This document shows positions 55,411-64,000 of a DNA stretch of 64,000 bases, in pieces. The number at the start of each line of letters is the position of its first letter. The first letter of the stretch is position 1. A program made the translations under genes and the position numbers. The notes beneath the pieces were generated by a model. The model was not told where the DNA came from, did not search any database, and worked only from the letters and a program-made list of their open reading frames with translations. This DNA is from an uncultured Planctomycetota bacterium (lineage in GTDB: Bacteria; Planctomycetota; Planctomycetia; Isosphaerales; Isosphaeraceae). The DNA lies in the NCBI GenBank assembly GCA_963737655.1, contig CAVTTN010000002.1:5952001-6016000 (forward strand), written 5' to 3'.

Positions 55411-58400
55411 ATGCCCATGTCCTCCGGGCGGGCCAGACGATTTCGGAGGGTCCGGACCCCGGCCTACCTCCAGATGGAGGCCACGGAGTGCGGCGCCGCG
55501 TCCCTGGGCATCCTCCTGGAGTATTTCGGCCGGTACGTCCCCCTGGAGGAATTGCGGGTCGAGTGCCGGGTCTCCCGGGACGGCAGCAACGCCCTGTTCA
55601 TCAAGAAGACCGGCGAGAAGTACGGCCTGACGGGCAAGGGGATGAAGGCGACGGCCGAGGCCCTCCGCGGCCTGAAGCCCCCGTTCATGGCCTTCTGGGA
55701 GATGAACCACTTCCTCGTCGTCGAGGGGTTCGCCGGCGGTCGCGTGTTCCTGAACGACCCGGCGACCGGCCGGAGGTCGATCGGCGAGGCGGAGTTCCGG
55801 GAGTCGTACTCCGGGATCGCCTTCCGGTTCGAGCCCGGGCCGTCGTTCCGCAAGGGGGGCAAGCGGCCCGGCCTCTTCCGGGCGATCGCCTCCCGGGCGG
55901 CCCCGGTCCGGGCGGCGATCCTCTTCGCGGTCCTCGCCGGGTTGGCGCTGGCCATCGCCGACTTGGTCGCGTCGTCCTTCCCGCTGGTGTTCATCGACGG
56001 GGTGCTGGTGGCCGGGCGATGGCGATGGGTCCGGCCCCTGGTCGCGGCGATCGGCCTGACGGCCGTGTTCCGCCTCCTGGTCCGCGGGTCGCTCCTGAGG
56101 ACGATGAGGGGCGTCCAGGCCGGGCTGGCGTCGGCCCAGTCGGCGAAGTTCCTCTGGCACGTCCTGCGCCTGCCCGTGGCCTTCTTCCAGCACCGCTACG
56201 CCGGGGAGGTCGCCGGGCGGATCGACGGCAACTCGGCGGTCGCCAACCTGATCACCGGCCAGCTCGCCTCGACGCTCCTCGGGTTCCTCATGATCGCCCT
56301 GTTCGCCGCGATCATGGCGGCCATCGACCCGGCCCTGGCCGCCGTGGGGGTGGTCAGCGGGTCCTGAACCTGGTCGGCATCGGCCTGTCCCGGAGATACC
56401 TGACCGACGACGCCCTGAAGGCCGAGCGGTTCCGGGGCCGCCTCTTCGGGGCGATGACCCGGTCGATCCAGATCATCGAGACGATCAAGGCCGGGGGGAC
56501 CGAGCAGGACGCGTTCGTCCGCCTGACGGGCAACCAGGCGAGGATCACCAACGCCTCGCAGAGGATCGGGGCCGTGGGGGCGGCCCTCGGCGTCCTCCCG
56601 CCGTTCCTGTCGCTCCTGACCACGGCGTCCCTGCTCTGGATCGGCGGCGGCCGGGTCGTCGAGGGCGTGATGAGCGTCGGCGTGATGGTCGCCTTCCAGG
56701 CGATCGTGGCCCAGTACCTCGGCCCGTTCGCCGGGATCGTCCAGCTCGGGTCGAGCGTCCAGGCGCTCCGGGCGGAGCTCGACCGGATCGACGACGTCCG
56801 CCGCCACCCGATCGACCCGGTCTTCACCCCGACCGCGTCGGGAGGGCCTTCGGAGGAGCCGGGCGGGCCGCCCCCTCGCCGGCTCTCGGGGCACCTGGAA
56901 TTCCGGGACGTCACCTTCGGCTTCAACCGGACGGTGGACGAGCCGTTGATCGATCGCCTGTCGCTGGAGGTCCGACCCGGGAGCCGGGTGGCGCTGGTCG
57001 GGACCTCCGGCAGCGGCAAGTCGACGATCGGGAGGCTGGCCGCCGGGCTCGATCAGCCCTGGAGCGGCGAGGTCCTCCTCGACGGCCGCCCGCTCCGCGA
57101 GATCCCCCGAGACGTGCTGACCGACGGGGTCGCGATGATCGACGACCAGTCCTTCCTGTTCCGGGGGACGGTCCGCGACAACCTGACGCTCTGGGACGAC
57201 ACGATCCCCGACCGCGACCTGACCCGCGCGGCGATGGACGCCCGGATCCACGCCGACCTCATGGCCCGCCCGGGCGGGTATCACTCCGGGCTCCAGGAGG
57301 GGGCGAGGAACCTCTCGGGCGGGCAGAGGCAGAGGGTCGAGATCGCCCGGGCCCTGGTCCGCCATCCCGCCCTGCTGATCCTCGACGAGGCGACCAGCGC
57401 CCTGGACCCGGTGACCGAGGCGTTCGTGGACGACAACCTCCGCCGCCGGGGCTGCGCCTGCCTGATCATCGCCCACCGCCTGAGCACGATCCGCGACTGC
57501 GACGAGATCCTCGTCCTCCGCCAGGGGCGGGTGATCCAGAGGGGGACCCACGACGCCCTGATGGCCGACGTCGACGGCTTCTATCACGAGCTCCAGACGC
57601 TCCAGGACGCCGACGGGTCGGCCGAGGAACCCGGCCTCGGGCCCGCCGGGAGGGGGCGTCCCGCCGCGCCTCCGGCGCTCAACGGCACCCACTCCGCGGC
57701 CCGGGGCCATTCGGACGGCCACCCCGCCGCGGCCCTCGCCCTGGAAGCTTCGGCCTCGGCCTCGGCCACGGCGGTGGCGGACGACCCGGAGGCCGAGGCC
57801 GGTAGTCTGATGGAGTCGCTGGCCGAGGGGGCCCGGATCGTCGAGACGTCCGGCAACCGGCCGCTGCCCCTGGACGAGCCCGGGGCGGTCTGGGTGGTGG
57901 TCTCGGGCCGGGTGGACGTCTTCTCCCTCCACCCGGACGCCCGCGGGGGGCCGCCGGGCCGCCGCCATTTCTGCCGGGTCGAGGAGGGCGGGGCGATCTT
58001 CGGGCTCGAAGGCGTCCGGGGGGAGGGCCACGGGGGGCTCCTGGCCGTCGGCGTCGGCCCGGCGAGGCTCCGCCGGTTCGCCGGCGCGGAGCTGATCCGA
58101 TCGAGCTTCGAGCCGGCCTGGCGGTCGGACGTGGCGGCCCTGCTCGACGACTGGATCGACCGGGTCAGCCGGGCGACCGCCTCGGGCGACCCGCCGTCGT
58201 CCTCGACCCGCCTCGAACCCGACGACCTCGCCGCCGTCGAGGCCGGACGGCCCGTGACGCCGAGGAGCCGGGTCCTCTGGGTCCGGCAGGGGGACGCGGA
58301 CCTGGCCTTCCTCGGGTCAATCCACGTGGCGCCATGCGACCACGGGTCCCGGTTCCCCCTGTCCCCGCACGCCTGGGCGAGCGCGGAGGGGCCGGCGGCC

Positions 58401-60707
58401 CTCCGGCCCTGCGACACCGAGTCCCTGATCGAGAACGGCGACCCCTGGCTCGGGCTCCGGCGATTCCACCGGGCGGTCCTCGACGCCCTGGCCGCCTCCC
58501 GGGACGAGGCGGAGGCGTCCGCCCTGGCCCGCCGGGCCCTGGCGGCCCGGCGCGACGAGGCGAGGATGGCCGAGTCGGTCGCCCTCCTGGCCCGGCCCTC
58601 GGGGCCGTCCCCCCGGTCCCGGCGACGGACGCCCGGCGATGAGGCCCCGAGGGTCGCGGCCTGTCGCGCGGTGGCCGAGTCCCTCGGGTGCGACGCGGCG
58701 GCCCCGGTCCCGGACGGCGCCCCCCTGCCCCAGGTCGCCCGGTCCCTGGGCCTCCTGACGAGGAGGGTCCGCCTGCCCCTGGGCTGGTGGCGGGCCGAGG
58801 GCGGCCCCCTCCTCGCGGCCCGGGGCGACGAGGCCCGGCCGGTCGCCCTCCTGCCCGGCCCCGGCGGCCGATACACGATCGTCGACCCCTCGGACGGGAC
58901 CGAGGGGCCTTTGACCGAGGCGTCGGCCCGCTCGATCGGGGCGTCGGCCGTGGCGTTCTATCGCACCTTGCGGATCGAGCGGCCCTCGCTCGGCGAGCTC
59001 TTCCGCTTCGCCCTGCCGACCTTCCGCAAGGAGCTGAGGATCGTCCTGGTGCTGGGCCTCGTCGCCGGCCTCCTGGGCCTGGTGCTGCCCTATGCGTCGG
59101 CTGTGGCCATCGACGACGCCATCCCCAGGGCCGACCGTCGGCGGCTGGGCGTCCTGTGCGGGTTCCTGGTGGCCATCGGGACGGCCGTGGCCCTGTTCCA
59201 GGCGATCCAGGGCCTGGCGATGGCCCGGGTCCGCGCCCGCCTGGAATCGGACCTCCTGCCGGCGGTCTGGGACCGGCTCCTGAACCTCCCGGCGCGGTTC
59301 TTCTCGGGCTACGAGTCGGGCGACCTGGCCCTCCGGGCGATGGGTCTGGCGAACGCCGTGGGGGTGATGGCCACCACGCCTTTGGTCTCGATGCTCGTGG
59401 GCGCCTTCTCGCTCCTGAACCTCGCGGCACTCTTCGCGATCGACGGGAGGATGGCCCTGGTGGCCGTCGCCCTGATCGCGCTGTCCCCGGTCGCGACCCT
59501 CCTGGCGATGAGGCCGCTGGGCCGGCTCCGTCACGAGATCGCCCGGTCCCAGGGGGAGATCGCGGGCCTCCTGGTCCCCATGCTCGGCGGGATCGCCCGG
59601 CTGAGGGTCGCCGGGGCCGAGGGCCGGGCCTTCGCCCGCTGGGCCGAGAAGTACCGGCGGCAGCTCGGCCTGATGCTGGAATTCCAGGGGCTGGCCGACC
59701 GCCTCGCCCTGTTCCAGGACGCCTGGCCCCTGGTCCTCCTGATGGCCGTGCTCGCCTCCGCGAGCCTCCTGGGCGAGGGCACCCTGTCCGTCGGGCAGTT
59801 CCTGGCGTTCAACCTGGCGCTGGGCCAGGGCGTGGGCGCGGTCCTCGGGCTGGGCCGATCGGCCTCGGCCCTCCTCGACGCCCGGGAGCAGTACCGACGA
59901 TTCGCGCCGATCCTGGAGGCCGCCCCGGAAGGGATTGAGGGACCTTCGGAGGCCGTCGTCCTCGGCGGGTCGATCCGCCTGGGGGACGTCTCCTTCCGGT
60001 ATTCGGAGGACGGCCCCCTGGTGCTCGACAAGGTGGACATCCAGGCCCGGCCCGGCGAGTTCGTGGCGATCGTGGGGCCGTCGGGTTCGGGCAAGAGCAC
60101 CCTGCTCCGCCTCCTCCTGGGGTTCGAAGCCCCGAGCGAAGGGGTGGTCGCCTACGACGGCCGGGAGCTCGCCACCCTGGACGCCCGGGACGTCCGCCGC
60201 CAGGTCGGCACGGTCCTCCAGGACGCGCAGCTGACCCCGGGCGACCTGCTCACGAACATCGTGGGCCTGTCCTCCGGCCTGGGCCACGCCGAGGCGATGG
60301 AGGCGGCCCGCCTGGCCGGCCTGGCCGACGATATCGAGCAGATGCCGATGGGCCTCCATACGCTCGTGGGCGAATCCGGGGGCGGCCTCTCCAGCGGCCA
60401 GCGCCAGCGCCTCCTGATCGCCCGGGCGGTCGTCGGCCGGCCGAGGGTCCTCCTCTTCGACGAGGCGACCAGCGCCCTGGACAACCGCACCCAGCAGCAC
60501 GTCGCTCGGGGCCTCCGCGACGGGCTCCGGGGGACGACTCGCGTCGTGATCGCCCACCGCCTGAGCACGATCGTCGAGGCCGATCGGATCTACGTCCTCG
60601 CCGGGGGCAAGGTCGTCCAGGCCGGGACGTATTCGCAGATGATCCGGGTCCCCGGGGCCTTCCGCGACCTGGCGAGGCGCCAGCAGCTCATCCCCGAGAG
60701 CCTTTGA
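55411..60707 (+). CDS. Fused NHLM-type exporter: C39 peptidase-ABC transporter joined to a second ABC transporter; frameshift near 56360
   Basis: QMEATECGAASL, WEMNHF, LNDP. Two ATPase domains (GTSGSGKST/LSGGQRQR/DEATSALD and GPSGSGKST/LSSGQRQR/DEATSALD) lie in one open frame. Confidence 0.85.
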
Positions 60708-61282
60708 CGAGGGGGACGGACCCCGGAAGGCCCGCCGCCCTCCGGCCCTGGCCTCGACCCCCGGCGGGCCGTTCGTGCGGGGCCGGCCCGGTCGAGACGG
60801 GTCGCGGACCCGGTCGTCGGCTTCCCTGCCGCGGCCGGAGACGGTCGATTGGTGAGGTGGGTGCCGAATCGGCATCCGGGGAGCGAGCGGCCCGGATCGT
60901 CGGCCTCGGCGGGCGAGGGAAGCGACAAGCGGTCGGTGGCCATGACGCCCACGCACCGGAAGGCCGACCTCGACCTCACGGGCGGCCTCGCCGTCCTGGC
61001 GATCGCCCAGATCCCCTCAGACGAGCGGAAGGAGGGCAGGCTTTCCGGGCCGATATCGACGCCTTGCTGAACGGGACTGAGTGGTGGGGGATCGACGGCT
61101 CCCCCAGGGCGGATGGATGGCCGCCACCGGGCGTGGCGCGGAGCCTCCGGGATGGCCACTCCGATCGAGGGAGGGATCGGCGAATTTCCCGCCCTGCGTG
61201 GAGTGCCCAGGTGGCGGACGATCGGCGGCCGGGGCGGCTCGATCGCAGCGGGCGACGTCCGCGACGTCCGCCCGCCCGGCGG

Positions 61283-64000
61283 TTATCGCGTCGTGGCGGC
61301 CCGCTGGATGAGGGATTCCAGGTCGCGCCAGAAATCCTGCCAGGCGCGACGCTCGGCGGCGGGGAGCCGGGCGAGGGCGTGCTCGTCGCGGACGAGGTAG
61401 AGGTCGGCCTCGGACAGCCAGGGGGTCAACCGCTCCCGCGCGACTCGACGGGCCTCCGCGTCGCCGCCGATCACCCGGCTGGCCCACGAATCGAGGTCGG
61501 TGCGGAGCCATCGCAGCGCCTGATCCCGCCGGCGTCGGCGTTCGGCCTCGGTCAGGCCGGCGGCGTCGGCGCCCCCGCCGCAGCCGGCGAGTGCGGCCAG
61601 CCGGGCGGACGGGTAGTGCCCTCCGCCGTCGATGTCCGCGAACGATTTCGGATCGGCCTCGACCGCCTCGGCCTGGAGGCGAGACGCGGCGACGACGAGG
61701 TTCCTCGCCAGGCACGACCCGATCAGGGCCCGTCGCTCCTCCGGGCCTCGCGGTCGGAGGTCCCCCGCCAGGAGCGCCGGCAGGTCGGGCAGGATCAGGG
61801 CCTCGGCCTCGCGGCGGAGGGCGTGGAAGATCCAGGCCTCGCGGTCGCGCGCCTGGGTCGGTCGCCAGTCGAACGCGGAGGTGGTCGCCGCCAGGGTCGC
61901 GAGGGCCCGGTCCTCTTGGCCGAGGCGATCCTGGGCCATCGCCAGCAGGAGCTGCGGGCCCGGGACCAGCACCTCGGAGGTCGGGCCGTTCAGGATGGCG
62001 GTCGCCTCGTCGAAATGGCCCGCCCGATACTCGGCCAGGGCCTTGACGAACAGGAAATACGGGTGGGTCCATTCCTGACGCCCCCGGCCCGATTCGACGG
62101 CGAAATCCGCGAGCGCGGTCGCCCGTCTCGCCTCCTCGGCGGAGCCGGGCAGGAGCAGGCAGGTCCGGCCGACGTGCTCGGCGTCGCGGGGCTGCCCGCC
62201 GGGCTTGACGTGATCGAGGAGGACGCCCCGGGCCCGGCGATACTCGTCCCGATCCCCGAGGAAGAGGCAGAACTCGGCGTAGCCGTCCCAGGCGTCGAGG
62301 GCGAAGGGCCCGCCGTCGAGTTCTTTGCGCCATCCGCGCCGGATCTCTTCCCCCGTCCCGAAGCGATGCCGAGGCGCCGCCACCAACCCGCGGCCGCCGG
62401 CGCGGCGTCGGGCATCGCCATCGCCTTCTGAAAAAGGAGGAACGCCTCTTCGGTCCGGCCCGTCTGGGCGAGGGCGTAGCCGAGGAACGGGTAAGCGCGA
62501 TCATCCTCGGGGGCGAGCCGGATCGCCTCGCGGTAGGACGCGATCGCCTCGTCGAACCGCCCCAGGCTCAACAGGGAGGTGCCGAGATTCTGGTGGACCC
62601 AGTGGACGCCCGGGCGGAGGGCGATGGCCGCCTGGTAGTAGCGGAGCGCCTCCGACGAATTGCCGACTTCTTCCAGGGTGCGGGCGAGGAACGTGTTGAT
62701 CAGCAGGTCGTCCGGATGCTGCCGCACGGCCCTCTCCATCAGCGCGATCCAGGCCCCGGTCTCCTGCGGATGCGGTCGCCGAGGGCCAGCACCAGCGACA
62801 CCGACAGCCGGGCGAGGTCGGCCTCGTCGGACAGCGTCTTCATCGCCGGGAGATCCCACCAGATCCTCGGGTCGCGGAACCGGTCGCGCCAGCCGGTCGG
62901 GTCGGGGTCGGCCTGGCGGGCGACCTCCAGCAGCCAGGCGAGGCGTCCCCTGTCGGGCCGATAGGCGGCGAAGTTCGCCCAGTCGTCCAGGCCGTCCACG
63001 AGCGCCTGGCGGATCTCGGACGCCCGGATCCGGGCCGCGGCGAGGCCCGGATCGCCGCCGACCTCGCCGAGCACGCTCCCCCGGAAGGCCGCTTCATAGG
63101 GGGCTTCCAGATCGGCGCCGTCCTTCCGGAGACGGATCGCGTCCTTGATCCGGGCGTCCTCCAGGGCCAGGGCCGTCCTCTGGTCTCGTTCGGCCCGGTC
63201 CAGCAGGGCGGCGACCTCGGCATCGACGCCATTGCCCAGGCGGATCTTCGCCCTCTGGAGGGCCGCGCCCGACTCGGCCCAGGACGATCGGCGCTGGTGG
63301 CGGACGGTCTCGCGCAGGTCGTCCCTCACGGCCCGCAGGGTCGCCTCCCGCTCCAGGAAGAGCCTGGCCCCGCCGCCGCCCAGGATCATGGCGAGCACGA
63401 GGCTCGCGCCGAGCAGCGAGGCCAGCGCGGGCCGGCGTCGCACCCACTTGCCGGCGCGTTCCAGGGGGCCGACCGGCCTGGCCAGGATCGGCTCGCCCCG
63501 GCCGAAGCGGAGCAGGTCCCTCCGGAGTTCCTCGGCCGAGTGGTAGCGCCGCGACGGGTTCTTGTGGAGGCACTTCAGGCAGATCGTCTCCAGGTCGCGC
63601 GGCACCTTCGAGTTGAGGCGCGAGGGCGGTACGGGCTCGTCGGCGACGACCTGCCGCTCGGTCTCGGCGGCCGTGACGCCCCGGAAGGGCGGCCGGCCGG
63701 TCAGGGCCTCGAAGAGCAGGGCGCCCAGCGCGTAGACGTCGACGGCCGGCCTCAGCGCCGCGGCCGTCCCGAGGGCCTGCTCGGGGGCCATGTAGCTCGG
63801 GGTCCCGACCCGGGCCCCGCTGATCGTGATCGCCGGCCCGGCCTCCAGCCGCCGGGCCAGGCCGAAGTCGCCGACCTTGGCGGTGCCGTCGGCCTGGAGC
63901 AGGATGTTCGCCGGCTTGAGGTCGCGGTGGACGATCCCCCGCTGGTGGGCGTGCTCGACGGCGCCCGCCAGCGTGGCCACCAGCTCGGCCGACCGCCGGG
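61283..64000 (-). CDS. Ser/Thr protein kinase with TPR repeats; 5' end outside the window; frameshifts near 62760 and 62390
   Basis: [39 protein letters not shown] segments in ORF 61990-62859. Confidence 0.88.

Overview
High-GC window. DUF1559 pilin-like, ECF sigma/Ser-Thr kinase and CRTAC1 genes suggest a planctomycete, probably Isosphaeraceae-like (inference). (1) 1-18.2 kb is a probable defence island: a DUF1998 DEAH helicase split by one in-frame TAG, an HTH-WYL regulator, a complete type I-C CRISPR-Cas system and a 42-repeat array. It ends at a tRNA-Gly(CCC) 3' fragment that looks like an att site. (2) 18.7-28.5 kb is a second, convergent, divergent type I-C system with a different repeat, a 2-repeat mini-array, a frameshifted cas3 and an IS5-family element about 90 bp upstream of cas3. 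(3) 29-46 kb is a long + strand cluster: putative leader peptide, DUF1559 remnant, deiodinase-like and AhpD-like proteins, APC permease, IxxNQxx heptad-repeat protein, NitT/TauT ABC transporter, two FG-GAP/CRTAC1 proteins, UnbU-like membrane protein, asparagine-synthetase-like ligase and RaSEA-like radical SAM enzyme. (4) 47.8-64 kb holds an ECF sigma/kinase pair, a double-glycine-leader Thr/Ser-rich peptide with HlyD and a fused C39-ABC/ABC exporter, and a second kinase. The most striking signal is a solitary degenerate CRISPR repeat in the cas5 5' leader (9170-9206). The sequence after it matches a TTC-PAM-flanked site 143 bp upstream (9064-9082) at 17/19 nt, with mismatches only at positions 6 and 12, and then runs over the cas5 RBS. 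This is a candidate mRNA-embedded guide for Cascade autorepression. Many single-base frameshifts right of 25 kb may be assembly errors. All family calls come from motif recognition by eye, not database searches.
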